From Acidobacteriaceae bacterium (lineage in GTDB: Bacteria; Acidobacteriota; Terriglobia; Terriglobales; Acidobacteriaceae): a stretch of 64,000 nucleotides of DNA. This document shows, one piece after another, positions 27,701-37,348 of the stretch. The stretch is from NCBI GenBank assembly GCA_027452125.1, contig DAIDGZ010000082.1:26828-90827 (forward strand), in the 5' to 3' direction. The position numbers were made by a program, and so were the translations under genes. Numbering within the stretch: the first letter of the stretch is position 1; the number at the start of each line of letters is the position of its first letter. The notes under the pieces were generated by a model, which did not search any database, was not told the DNA's origin, and worked only from the letters and a program-made list of their open reading frames with translations.

Positions 27701-27964
27701 ATGAGGCAGAATAGATGGATTCTGTGACAGGCCCTTGCCATTGCCCTTGCGGCGCTGGCCGCAACGCGTGTGCTATGCGCGGAGCAGCTAACTGATCCCT
27801 TGCGTCAGGGTTTTAACACTCCGTCCGACTCCGCCGAGCCACGCACATGGTAGCACTGGACCAACGGCAACGTGACTGAGGAGGGCATCACCAAGGACCT
27901 GGAGTGGGTGCAGCTCTCGGGAGGCTGCGGTTTTCAGCTTGCGAATGTGGCAGTGGACTGGTAG
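27701..27964 (+). pseudogene. Remnant of a GH106 (alpha-L-rhamnosidase-like) glycoside hydrolase N-terminus
   Basis: One frame reads MRQNRWIL*QALAIALAALAA..DPLRQGFNTPSDSAEPRTW*HWTNGNVTEEGITKDLEW..GFQ; in-frame stops at 27725, 27851 and 27962. Confidence 0.8.
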
Positions 27965-28101
27965 TTGTGCAGAGGTCAGACTATGGCACGACGGCCTTGG
28001 CACTATGACTGCGGATCATTCCAGCCATTACGGTTCATCTGCACGAAGTTCTGAAGGCCACAGGCTCCGCACCGTTTTCCGTAAACAATATAAAAACGCA
28101 A

Positions 28102-28135
28102 ATGGTCCACCTTCCTTGTGAGGATGGTGGACCAT
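28102..28135 (-). terminator. Terminator downstream of TonB receptor 2
   Basis: ATGGTCCACC..GGTGGACCAT stem, with a T-rich tail on the minus strand. Confidence 0.6.
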
Positions 28136-28197
28136 CTGGCCTCAGGCCATCCGCGCGCGGGCGGCTTGAGGTGTTACTGTATTGCTCTTGTGCCGCT

Positions 28198-31100
28198 CTA
28201 GAAGGTAATGCGGCCGTTAAACTGCCAGTCTCTGGGCGACTGGCCAGAGTTTCCGACTGTGCCGAAGTTACTTTTGGTGTTGGTGCCGAGGCCGTTACCG
28301 TTCGGGCCGGCGCCGTTCACGACCTGGTTGACTGTCGTTGCAGGTGTGCCCCAGCTGAAGTGGTTGGTTAGGTTCTGGACCTGCGCGGCGAAGACAAACG
28401 CCACATTGTCCCGGATCTTGAAGGTTCGGCTAAGTCCGCCGTCGATCTCCCAATAGCTGGGACCGAAGATGTTGTAGCCGCCCGCGGCAGGAACGTTGCC
28501 CAACTGATAGGTCTTGTTGGGAACGAAGAACGCGCCGGCGTCCAGGAATGGTGTTGTGGGGGAGGTCAGGGCGTTGACGCCATGGCCATAGCCGCCGTTG
28601 ATGCGGGGGCTCTTGGTGTATCCCGGGGTGAAGCTGGGATTGCAACCCACGCCGACGGCAATGCAGCCGGTGGCTCCGAAGCCGAGAAGAGCGCCTGAGC
28701 GGTAGCTGTAGATGCCGGAGGTCTGCCAGTTGCTGGCCAGAAGGTTCACAACTGGGTTGGTTCCACCAATGTGCCCCTTGCCGAAGGGCAGGGCATAGGT
28801 GCCAAAGGCGTGCAGGATATGACGCGAACCATGCTCAGCATAGTCCAGTGTCTTCTGTGAACGTGCAATGCCATCGGTGATCGCCGAGCCGGGGATATCG
28901 TAGCCGGTCCGGCAGCACTTGGTGGAGTCCTTCTCCTGGCTGTAGGTGTAGTTCACCTGGAGATCGAGGCCGCGCCAGGAGTGCTGGGTCAGGTTGAGCT
29001 GCATTGCCTTGTAGGCGGAGCTGCCGGTGTCGTTATAGACGTCGGTGATTCCACCGTACTGCGGGAACGGAGAGACCATCGCAGAGATGCGTGCGCTGGG
29101 ACCGCCGAAGTTGGCATAAGGGATTTGCAGCGACGGGTCGATTGCCTGCGCTTCCTGCAGGTAGGTCTGACCGTTCTTATCCACGCCGTTGGGATACTGC
29201 TTGAGCAACGCTCCCAGCGCCTCATACTTCGGATCGATTTCGTTCTGCAGGAAACCGTTGTTGGAGCCGTAGAGGAAGTGGGATTCGCTGCCCACGTAGT
29301 TGACGGAGACCACCGTGTTGGCGAAGATGGCCCGCTGCACGCCGATGTTCCATGTTTCGGAGTAGGGAGAGCGGTTCGCTGACTCCGGCTCAAGCGTGCC
29401 GACACCCTGTGGATTGACGCCCACGCCGGAGGCGGTGAGGTAGTTGCCGGTGTTGACGCCCGGGGTGATGTTGGGGGTGGGGGTGTTGGTCGGCGTAAAG
29501 GCCGGCAGTGCGGTGTTGGCAATGCCCAGGTTCTGGAACGCCGTGCTGTTGTTCAGGTAGTACGCCGGCTGCTCGCCGCCCTGGCCCGTGGGAGCATAGA
29601 ACACGCTGCCCACCATGCCGGTCTGTCCAGCGCCATTGTTTGCGTTGCCCGCGCCGCCGACGCCGCCGCCCAGAGACGACATCACGCTGAAGGCGCCGCG
29701 AATCACGGTCTTCGGCGTTACGGAGTAGGCAAAGCCCACGCGCGGTTCGAAGTTGCCCAGGTAAGTGCCGAAGGGATTGCGGCATCCGCAGGAGTACGGA
29801 CCATAGCCGGCGAACTCAATGGCGCCGAGGGTGCCGGTGATGGGGTTGGTCAGATGCGGATTCATGAACGCCCAGCGATTCTTCACCTCGTGGTACGGGG
29901 TGTTGATGTCCCAGCGCGCGCCGAGGTTCAGAGTGAGCTTGGGTGAGACACGCCAATCATCCTCAAAGATGGGCGAGATACCCTTGTAACGGGCACCCAG
30001 CGTGGTGAAGGGCTGTACGGCAAAGCCGGTTGCATTGATTGCACCTAGCATAAAGCTGGCATACGAGTTACCGGTGGTGGAGTTCTCGAGCACGCCATTC
30101 TTGAAGCCGGCGGTGTTCACGTTGCTCGTGCTCAGTCCTAGAGGTTTCGTGGGCGAGTCCCAAGCGTCCTGGTTCTCATTGCGCCACTGGAAGACGAAAC
30201 CGAAGGTGATGTTGTGCTTGCCCTTGGTCCACTGCAGGTTATCAACAAGATCGTAGGTGTTGGTGTTCTGGGTGTAGCTATTCATGCTACCCCATCCGTA
30301 CGGGTTGTCGGCAAAGCCGCCAAATGCAACCGAGGGGAACGCCTGAGACTGCTGACCGGGCTGCAGGTTGCCGATGCCGATCGCCGTGGAGGGATTGTAT
30401 TGCGAGATGCCAATCCAAGGATTGTGCACAAATCCCCAACCGCGCATGTAGCCCCAGGAGAGGCTGTTGACCATATTCGGCGAAAGGATCCAGGTATCGT
30501 TGATCACCGTAGTGGAGAACAGTTCCTTGACCAGGAAGCCTTTGTTGTAGGGCGCCGGAGGTCCGCCCGCTCCGTCGAATCCGAGGAAGTCGCGCACGCC
30601 GGAGGTGTTCATGACGGAGATGTCGTGGCTGGCATTCGGGTGGTAGTCTACCTTGGCTGCCATAGCCCAGTTATCCAATCCGAAGGGCTGTCCGGTGAGG
30701 AGGTTGTTCTGTGTGCCCGCGATGGTGGGATCGGGCAGGAACTTCTCCATATACTTGGCCTGCGGAGAGATCTCGCCGGCCGGGATCACGTTCGGCGTGG
30801 CCACGCCGTTCCAGGCGCCGTCAAATTGGTAGACGCAGGGTACGCCGCCATTCTTGTTGGTGCATGCGGTATAGGTGGTCGGATCGTAGATGGGGTAGTT
30901 CAGCTCCGTAAAGTTGCCCTGACGCTCCAATGCGGTCGGCACGGAGATGAAGGATGGATTGACGCCTACCATCGTGTGGTACTTGGTGTAGGAGCCGAAG
31001 AAGAACAGCTTGTTGTGTCCGTTGTAGATGTGCGGGATCACGATCGGACCGCCGGCGGTGAAGTCCAGCTCGTCCTGGTGCTCACCCGGCTTGGGCGCGG

Positions 31101-31986
31101 GCACTTTGGTCACGACGCCATTCACAACCTTCTGAACCGTAGCTGCTTTGGCGAAGTAAGACCAAGCGTCAAAGGCCGTGTTACGGAAGAAGGCCTGCAC
31201 CTGCCCGTGGAACTGGTTGGTACCGGACTTGATGGTATAGCTCTCCGAACCCATGCCCTGGTATTGGGCGGAGGCGCCGCTGGTGACCACGGAAAGCTGA
31301 TCCACCGCGTCCATGGGCATGCCCAACTGGACAGAGCGGTTGTCATCAGTTTGGCTGGGAGGGGTTACGGGAATGCCGTCGATGTAGTTCTGTACGACGC
31401 GCGAGGCGGAGCCGCCCTGGCCGCTGAGTGTGCCCGAGCGCGCGCCGCCCTGCACGCCAGGCAGCAGTCCAACGAACGCTGTTGGGTCACGCTGCCCGCC
31501 ATTGATCAGAAGGGGCAAGGCTGCGTAGGTCTTCTGCTCGATGGTGGCGCCGAGCATGGCATCGGTCTTTTCCAGCTCCGGCGGAGCGGCGCCGACGGTA
31601 ATCGTCTGCGTCTGCATGCCGACCTGAAGCTTGATGTCGAGTCCGACGCTCTGCGTTGCGTTTACAGTGATGTTGTCCTGCACGGCGGTGGTGAAGCCGG
31701 ACGACGAGACCGTGACCTTGTACTGGCCCGGGGTGAGCGGGGATGCCAGATAGAGGCCGGAACTGGAGGTGGAGCGCACCATCTGTACGCCGGTGCCCTT
31801 GTTGGTGATGGTGACCGTCGCATGGCGGATGACGGCTCCGGTGGAATCGGTTACACGGCCAGTGATCTGCCCCTGGCCGGCAAGTTGCGCATGTAGCACG
31901 GGTGAAGGGACCACTGTCAGTAGCGCTATGCCAGATGTGGCAAGGACTGACAGCAATGCCATCTTCCTTACAGCACGTTTACACAT
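28198..31986 (-). CDS. TonB-dependent receptor (Oar-like), paralog of 16572..20573
   Basis: GQITGRVTDSTGAVI, KSGTNQFHG, FEDDWRVSPKLTLNLGARWD, C-terminal WQFNGRITF. Confidence 0.95.
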   Translation of the reverse strand: MCKRAVRKMALLSVLATSGIALLTVVPSPVLHAQLAGQGQITGRVTDSTGAVIRHATVTITNKGTGVQMVRSTSSSGLYLASPLTPGQYKVTVSSSGFTTAVQDNITVNATQSVGLDIKLQVGMQTQTITVGAAPPELEKTDAMLGATIEQKTYAALPLLINGGQRDPTAFVGLLPGVQGGARSGTLSGQGGSASRVVQNYIDGIPVTPPSQTDDNRSVQLGMPMDAVDQLSVVTSGASAQYQGMGSESYTIKSGTNQFHGQVQAFFRNTAFDAWSYFAKAATVQKVVNGVVTKVPAPKPGEHQDELDFTAGGPIVIPHIYNGHNKLFFFGSYTKYHTMVGVNPSFISVPTALERQGNFTELNYPIYDPTTYTACTNKNGGVPCVYQFDGAWNGVATPNVIPAGEISPQAKYMEKFLPDPTIAGTQNNLLTGQPFGLDNWAMAAKVDYHPNASHDISVMNTSGVRDFLGFDGAGGPPAPYNKGFLVKELFSTTVINDTWILSPNMVNSLSWGYMRGWGFVHNPWIGISQYNPSTAIGIGNLQPGQQSQAFPSVAFGGFADNPYGWGSMNSYTQNTNTYDLVDNLQWTKGKHNITFGFVFQWRNENQDAWDSPTKPLGLSTSNVNTAGFKNGVLENSTTGNSYASFMLGAINATGFAVQPFTTLGARYKGISPIFEDDWRVSPKLTLNLGARWDINTPYHEVKNRWAFMNPHLTNPITGTLGAIEFAGYGPYSCGCRNPFGTYLGNFEPRVGFAYSVTPKTVIRGAFSVMSSLGGGVGGAGNANNGAGQTGMVGSVFYAPTGQGGEQPAYYLNNSTAFQNLGIANTALPAFTPTNTPTPNITPGVNTGNYLTASGVGVNPQGVGTLEPESANRSPYSETWNIGVQRAIFANTVVSVNYVGSESHFLYGSNNGFLQNEIDPKYEALGALLKQYPNGVDKNGQTYLQEAQAIDPSLQIPYANFGGPSARISAMVSPFPQYGGITDVYNDTGSSAYKAMQLNLTQHSWRGLDLQVNYTYSQEKDSTKCCRTGYDIPGSAITDGIARSQKTLDYAEHGSRHILHAFGTYALPFGKGHIGGTNPVVNLLASNWQTSGIYSYRSGALLGFGATGCIAVGVGCNPSFTPGYTKSPRINGGYGHGVNALTSPTTPFLDAGAFFVPNKTYQLGNVPAAGGYNIFGPSYWEIDGGLSRTFKIRDNVAFVFAAQVQNLTNHFSWGTPATTVNQVVNGAGPNGNGLGTNTKSNFGTVGNSGQSPRDWQFNGRITF

Positions 31987-32151
31987 GTTTGGACCTCAAG
32001 GTGTTTTAGTGTTTTTTGGGTTAGTTCTTCTTGCGTAAGGGGTGTAGCGTCCTAGCTTCCCATTGGGACGTGATCTTGCTCTTTCCTAGATCGTGCATGG
32101 CCATATTTATTGCAGGAGAGAGTCGAACAAGGCCGGTCAGACCACCGACCA

Positions 32152-32197
32152 AGAGTATGGGTTCGAGGACTGACGTGTCAATAGAAAAATATTTCTG
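32152..32197 (-). promoter_or_regulatory. Promoter/operator of TonB receptor 2
   Basis: AGAAATATTTTTCTA abutting TTGACA-N18-TACTCT. Confidence 0.6.
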
Positions 32198-32472
32198 CAA
32201 GTGGAAATATCCCTATTTAAATAAAATCCGGTTAAGAATAGTGCCGGACCTATCAGGTCTGGCAGGCCGGATATGTCAACCGGCAGGGTGTCATAAACGC
32301 GCGGATGTAAGGCGCTCTCTACGGATGGAAAGAACGAAGCCTCGCAAAGGTGGAATCCTTCAGGGATGCGGAGCTGCTGGAATGAAGCACCCAGCATCCC
32401 TGACGGATTCCGAAGACAAGGGTTTGAGCTACAACGTTTTCGGGGACCGGATTGTGCTCTGGTTTGTCCTGA

Positions 32473-33153
32473 TCAATCGTTGAGCAGGTTAAGCATTTTT
32501 GCACTTGCGCGTAGTTGCTTCTGGTAGGTCTTAATCTCGTGCTCCGTGGCGTGACTTTGCTCAGAGAAGTTGGTCGCGTTGAAGGTCGGACCTGTGAGTT
32601 CCTGTTCCATACTCTGCAACTGGTTCTGAATGCGCGCGTGGGTTTCTTGCATCGCACGGTTGCGCTCTTGGATGGCGTTTTGCTGCTCTTTGCTGAGGCC
32701 CGCCATCATCTGCTCGCGATTCTGCTGCAGTGTTCGGACCTGCTCCTGAAGTTGCAGATGTTGTCGGCGCAGTTCCTCGGTATCCATCGCATTGCGGCGC
32801 GCAGTGCGGGCCAGGACGCGGGACTGTGTGCGCAGCTGATCCATGGATTGATCACAGGTGCGATAGCGGTCGCGCTGCTCAGTTGTGGCCTGGGCGTGTA
32901 ACCGATCACGCTGCTTGAAGGTAGTTTGATCCCGGGGCATGTCCCAATCCCGCGTCTGGTCCTGAGCACCATTGCGAGCACGGTCCTGGTCTCCCCGGGT
33001 CGGAGACTGACTGGAGCCCGCCGATTGGCCTGTGCCGTGTTGTTGTGTTCCGCTGCCACCGCTGCTGCCCCGGCCACGTTGGGCCAGAACAAACGCGGGA
33101 GTCAGCAGGAGGATAAGAGCAAGCAGCACCGAGAGATTTCGTTTCATATCCAT
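32473..33153 (-). CDS. Exported Q/R-rich helical protein (possibly Spy/CpxP-like)
   Basis: GGAGG RBS, signal peptide (VLA-Q), G/S/Q linker, coiled coil with ATTEQ/LSKEQQ. Confidence 0.7.
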   Translation of the reverse strand: MDMKRNLSVLLALILLLTPAFVLAQRGRGSSGGSGTQQHGTGQSAGSSQSPTRGDQDRARNGAQDQTRDWDMPRDQTTFKQRDRLHAQATTEQRDRYRTCDQSMDQLRTQSRVLARTARRNAMDTEELRRQHLQLQEQVRTLQQNREQMMAGLSKEQQNAIQERNRAMQETHARIQNQLQSMEQELTGPTFNATNFSEQSHATEHEIKTYQKQLRASAKMLNLLND

Positions 33154-33230
33154 TTCCTCCGGGGAAGCTTGAGCGGACAAATGAGAAGGCTTCCCTTCAG
33201 TCTGAAACGTTAGACACGGGGTACAAAGAA

Positions 33231-33258
33231 AGGAGGCGTGATGGGAATCACGCCTCCT
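33231..33258 (-). terminator. Terminator after nitronate monooxygenase
   Basis: Perfect 12-bp stem AGGAGGCGTGAT-GGGA-ATCACGCCTCCT with a T-rich tail on the minus strand. Confidence 0.75.
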
Positions 33259-33288
33259 GAATTTAATCGGAATGGGGTATTGTACGGA

Positions 33289-34758
33289 TCAGGCAGTAGC
33301 GGCCAGAAGCGGCTCAGAGACCTCAGCGCCCTTAGCTTGTGTTGCGAGCAGGGAGTTAACCACGTCTGCGGCGCTGTAGGAGTCTGCGCCGGGAGCCAGG
33401 AACTGTGCGATGGTGTTCAGGTCGTCGCCCACGGTGATGAGCGGCGGCTCAGTGGAACCATCCTTACGCGTCTGTGAGTGACCAACATTGGCCAGGAGGG
33501 CGTTGCACAGGCACTTACGGCCTTCGGTGTCTTCCGCCTTGCCACCCTTGGCTACATAGTTCTCCACCGGTTCGGCTGAGCAGCGATAGCCGATTTTGTC
33601 GCCTTCCATCGCATAGGGCTCACGCAGGTAGCCGAGGTCGCAGACCCGGCGGCGCTGCTGATAGATAGGCAGCATGGACGAGGTACCCTCCACTTGGGCC
33701 ACCTTGAAGGGGAAGCCAGTGGGGGAGGCGAGCGGATCTGTGAAGACCTCACCGGTGCCGGAGACAGCTTGGGAGATCAACTGTCTCTTTAGGTCAGCGC
33801 GCATGCCGGATTCGCGGCTGAAGGCAAAGGCCGTACCAACCTGCACACCCGCGGCGCCCTGTTCCAGAGCCTCATGCAGCTGTGCGGCATTGCCGTAGCC
33901 GCCGGCCAGCCAGAAGGGAACGCCTAACTCCCGCAACTCGGCTATGTTGACGCGGTCGCGCTCACCGTAGATGGGCTGGCCATTTTCGCTCAGCTGAAGC
34001 TTGCCGCGCGGCGGGGCATTGTGACCGCCGGCGGTGGGGCTTTCGATAATAAGTCCATCCACGCGACCGCTGGCGCGGCGGAGCATAGTGGTCGCCAGGG
34101 TGTTTGAAGAGACGATGGCCAGGAACCGCGGCCGCTGTAATACGGGCAGAGGGCCCTCAATGTACTCCGAGGGATCGAAGTGCATGGTGGTGTCCTGGGT
34201 GGCTGAGGTGCCTGTGACGGAGAGACGATATTCCGCCGGGCGATGCGCGGCATACGCGTCCAGTACAGCAGGGATGTGCAGCGGGATGCCCGCGCCCATC
34301 AGGACGTAGCTCACACCGGCTAGCATGGCGCCATAGATGGAGTAGAGGTGCGGCATTTGCACCTTTTCCAGAAAGTTGATGCCCACAGGATTGTCGTGGC
34401 CTTCGCGGGCCAGAAAGACCTCAACGAAATTGGCCACCATGCACAACTCGACGAGCTTGCGCGGGGCGCGACTCTGGTGCATGGTCAGCGCGGGGTAGGG
34501 CACGTCGGCGGGTTTGCCGCCGGGTACGAAATATTCCTGCCAGATGCGGCGAGCCATCTCCGGGAAGGGAAACGCATCCAGCCCGCGGCGCATGTAGCCG
34601 TCTTTGTCGCCATCGGCGAGACGGCGCACAAACAGAGAGTCAAGCGCGGTACCGGACACCACGCCGAGCTGGCCTAGCTTGGAGACGGCCTGGGCCAGGC
34701 GCCAGTTGGAGACACCTACGCCCATTCCGCCCTGAATGATCTTGGGGAACTTACCCAT
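33289..34758 (-). CDS. Nitronate monooxygenase/FabK-like flavoprotein
   Basis: IIQGGMGVGVS, GAGIP, AGGHN, GVQVGT.F, SPTGFP, Cys-rich C-terminus. Confidence 0.88.
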   Translation of the reverse strand: MGKFPKIIQGGMGVGVSNWRLAQAVSKLGQLGVVSGTALDSLFVRRLADGDKDGYMRRGLDAFPFPEMARRIWQEYFVPGGKPADVPYPALTMHQSRAPRKLVELCMVANFVEVFLAREGHDNPVGINFLEKVQMPHLYSIYGAMLAGVSYVLMGAGIPLHIPAVLDAYAAHRPAEYRLSVTGTSATQDTTMHFDPSEYIEGPLPVLQRPRFLAIVSSNTLATTMLRRASGRVDGLIIESPTAGGHNAPPRGKLQLSENGQPIYGERDRVNIAELRELGVPFWLAGGYGNAAQLHEALEQGAAGVQVGTAFAFSRESGMRADLKRQLISQAVSGTGEVFTDPLASPTGFPFKVAQVEGTSSMLPIYQQRRRVCDLGYLREPYAMEGDKIGYRCSAEPVENYVAKGGKAEDTEGRKCLCNALLANVGHSQTRKDGSTEPPLITVGDDLNTIAQFLAPGADSYSAADVVNSLLATQAKGAEVSEPLLAATA

Positions 34759-34900
34759 TCCAGAATTGTTTCACAAATTGTGCTGGTTACCCAGCGAAGA
34801 TTTGCCAGATGGACGATTTTATGGGTCAAGGTGCATCTGGATGAAGCTGAGCCGTGGGTGGGATGGAGTCTCGGCCGGCCGACGACGATAAACTAAAGCT

Positions 34901-35356
34901 ATGAGCCACGAAGGAATACGGTTTGCCACCAAGGAAGAACAGGCCCGCGAGGAAGAAGAGCACCGCCCGCTGCCTCGCATCGCCATGACGCCGGAGAAGG
35001 TGCGCGTCCTGCTGACTGAGGGCAAGGGCCTGGAGATCGACTGGACCGATGGCCACAAGAGTGCCTGGAGCTTTGCCTTTTTGCGGGCGGCCTGCCCCTG
35101 CGCTACCTGCGTGGAAGAGCGCAAGCTGGACGGCCGCAAGCCAGGACAGCCGAAGGCGAAGCCCAGTGAGCTACTGCCTATGTACACCCCGCCGGCCAAG
35201 CCGGCCAGCGCCCACCCGGTGGGCCGGTATGCGTTGCAGTTCAACTGGCAGGACGGGCACTCCGGCGGCATTTACTCGTGGGAGTACTTGCGCCGCAATT
35301 GCCAGTGCCGCGAGTGCACTTTTGCCCGTGACGCAATGATCGGCGCCGCGAACTAA
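34901..35356 (+). CDS. DUF971 (GBBH-like N-terminal) protein
   Basis: IDWTDGH, LRAACPCATC, VGRYALQFNWQDGH.GGIYSW.YL. Confidence 0.9.
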   Translation: MSHEGIRFATKEEQAREEEEHRPLPRIAMTPEKVRVLLTEGKGLEIDWTDGHKSAWSFAFLRAACPCATCVEERKLDGRKPGQPKAKPSELLPMYTPPAKPASAHPVGRYALQFNWQDGHSGGIYSWEYLRRNCQCRECTFARDAMIGAAN

Positions 35357-35610
35357 CCCGCTATCACGCATTAGTAGCAGCGCTATATCTGTATGGAGAT
35401 TGCGGTCTCTCCAGCATGGAGTTCATCTCTGGATGAGCATCGTGAGCCGAGTTGTTTTGATGGCAGAAACAGGTCTTGATTGCGCGCAAAACCTTTACTG
35501 CGCGAGGTCATCTGGCTCTAAGGCATCGAACAGACAACGTGCCATACCGTGTTCCAGCAAGACCTTCGGCAGGTGCCGTATGTGCGAGCCGAGTGATACA
35601 TTCATGGGCA

Positions 35611-37275
35611 ATGTTGCTACCCATAACAAACCGCCGTTGTTTCCTTGCCAGTGCCGCTGCAGTAGCGGCACTTCCGCTGCGCAGCCTAGCCGCCTCCGCC
35701 GCTGAAGTTGCCGGAGCGCCGCGCGCCCTGCCTACCGCCGATCAGCTTGCCTGGCAGGATATGGAGATCGGCATGTTCGTGCACTTTGCGCCGAACACCT
35801 TCCAGAACAAGGAATATGACGACCTTTCCACGCCGCTGAGCTCCATCAATCCCGACATCGACACCGACAACTGGGCACAGTGCGCGGTGAACTTGGGTGC
35901 GCGCTACATCGTGTTTGTGGCCAAGCATGTGGGTGGCTTCTGCATGTGGCAGACCAGGACCACGGAGTACAGTATTGCCCACACGCCATGGAAGGGCGGC
36001 AAAGGCGACGTGCTGGCTGATCTCTGCGCATCCTGCAAGAAGTATGGGCTACGGCTGGGAGTTTATCTGTCTCCGCGCGACAACTATTTTGGCGCGGGGC
36101 TGGGCGGCGTGTGCAAGAACCCAACGAAGCAGGCCGCCTACAACGCGATGTATCGCGAGCAGTTAACGGAGGTGCTAACCCGCTATGGGCAGATGGTCGA
36201 GGTGTGGTTTGACGGCTCCAACGTAGTGCCCGTCTCTGACCTAGTGCACAAGTATGCGGCGCATGCGGCCATCTTTCAGGGGCCGGACTGCACCATCCGC
36301 TGGGTGGGCAACGAGATGGGCTTTGCTCCCTATCCGCTGTGGAACGCCGAGCCGGTGGCCGAGGCGCGCAGCGGCGTCTCCACCTCGCTCGACAGCGACC
36401 CCAACGGCGGCGCGTGGATTTCTGTGGAGTGCGATGTGTCGATCCGGCGGCCCAACTGGTTCTGGAGCACCACCAATGAGCACAACCTGATGACTGAGAA
36501 TCAGTTGATCGAGGTGTATTACCGCTCGGTGGGCCGTGGTGCGCAACTGCTGCTGAATGTTCCGGCAGATAATCGCGGCCAAATGCCCGCCCCTGACTTT
36601 GCCCGCGCGAAGGAGTTTGGCGCAGAGTTGCGTCGCCGCTTTGGCAAGAGCCTTGCTGAGACGACAGGGAAGGGCAAGAGAGTGGAACTGCGGCTGCATG
36701 CGTCTACTGAGCTGGATCACGTGATTCTGCAGGAGGACTGCCGCTACGGCCAGCGCGTGCGCGCCTTCCGGCTGGAGGGACGCACAGGCGCAGGTTGGCA
36801 GCCGCTCTACGCGGGGTCGTCGATCGGCCACAAGCGCATTCTGCCCGTTGCGCCGGGCAGCTACTCGGCGGTGCGCGTGGTGACGACGGAGTCGCAGGGC
36901 GAGCCGCATATCCGGCGCATCGCGGTATTCCACACCGGGGTGCAGCCGCCGGCCACCTGGGATGCCGCGCCGAAGATCTGGGCGGCAGACGCGGTAGGCC
37001 GCTGGGAGAACGGCAAGTTCGGGGTCGATCTGACTAAGAAGATCAATGATGCAGCGCAGTTCCGGCTGCGCTTTGTGCCGCAGGGCGGCCGGGTGACCGC
37101 GGTTCACGACGTGCAACTTATGCTGGATGGGGTGGCCGAGCCGCGGCTCATCCATGCTGATGCCGAACATCCAGCTGAGCTGCTACTCGATATGACTGGC
37201 ATCGGCCAGACGGTAGTGGTGAGCGGCACGGTCAGCGGAGCAGCTCAGGGGTCTATTTTGCTACAGAAGCTGTAA
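35611..37275 (+). CDS. GH29 alpha-L-fucosidase, Tat-exported, with F5/8-like domain
   Basis: NRRCFL Tat motif, GMFVHF, AKHVGGFC.W, EVWFDG, RWVGNE.G, ECDVSIR, SVGRG..LLLNVP. Confidence 0.92.
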   Translation: MLLPITNRRCFLASAAAVAALPLRSLAASAAEVAGAPRALPTADQLAWQDMEIGMFVHFAPNTFQNKEYDDLSTPLSSINPDIDTDNWAQCAVNLGARYIVFVAKHVGGFCMWQTRTTEYSIAHTPWKGGKGDVLADLCASCKKYGLRLGVYLSPRDNYFGAGLGGVCKNPTKQAAYNAMYREQLTEVLTRYGQMVEVWFDGSNVVPVSDLVHKYAAHAAIFQGPDCTIRWVGNEMGFAPYPLWNAEPVAEARSGVSTSLDSDPNGGAWISVECDVSIRRPNWFWSTTNEHNLMTENQLIEVYYRSVGRGAQLLLNVPADNRGQMPAPDFARAKEFGAELRRRFGKSLAETTGKGKRVELRLHASTELDHVILQEDCRYGQRVRAFRLEGRTGAGWQPLYAGSSIGHKRILPVAPGSYSAVRVVTTESQGEPHIRRIAVFHTGVQPPATWDAAPKIWAADAVGRWENGKFGVDLTKKINDAAQFRLRFVPQGGRVTAVHDVQLMLDGVAEPRLIHADAEHPAELLLDMTGIGQTVVVSGTVSGAAQGSILLQKL

Positions 37276-37294
37276 GAGGCAGAGCAGAGTAGGT

Positions 37295-37330
37295 AAAAGG
37301 GAGCAGCGCAATCGAGCTGCGCCCTTTTTT
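37295..37330. terminator. Bidirectional terminator
   Basis: AAAAGGG.GCAGC..GCTGC.CCCTTTTTT between convergent genes. Confidence 0.65.
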
Positions 37331-37348
37331 GTTACCGCTTTGTCGTTG

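Noticed and set aside
27851-27853. In-frame TAG as pyrrolysine or recoding
   Set aside because: It replaces a conserved Trp by a single base change, and further stops and truncation indicate a pseudogene.
30214-31896. 560-aa ORF antisense to TonB receptor 2 (likewise 49846..50910, 55655..56743, 58944..60422, 10965..11927)
   Set aside because: Antisense shadows of well-supported genes, expected from GC-rich codon bias; no recognisable motifs.
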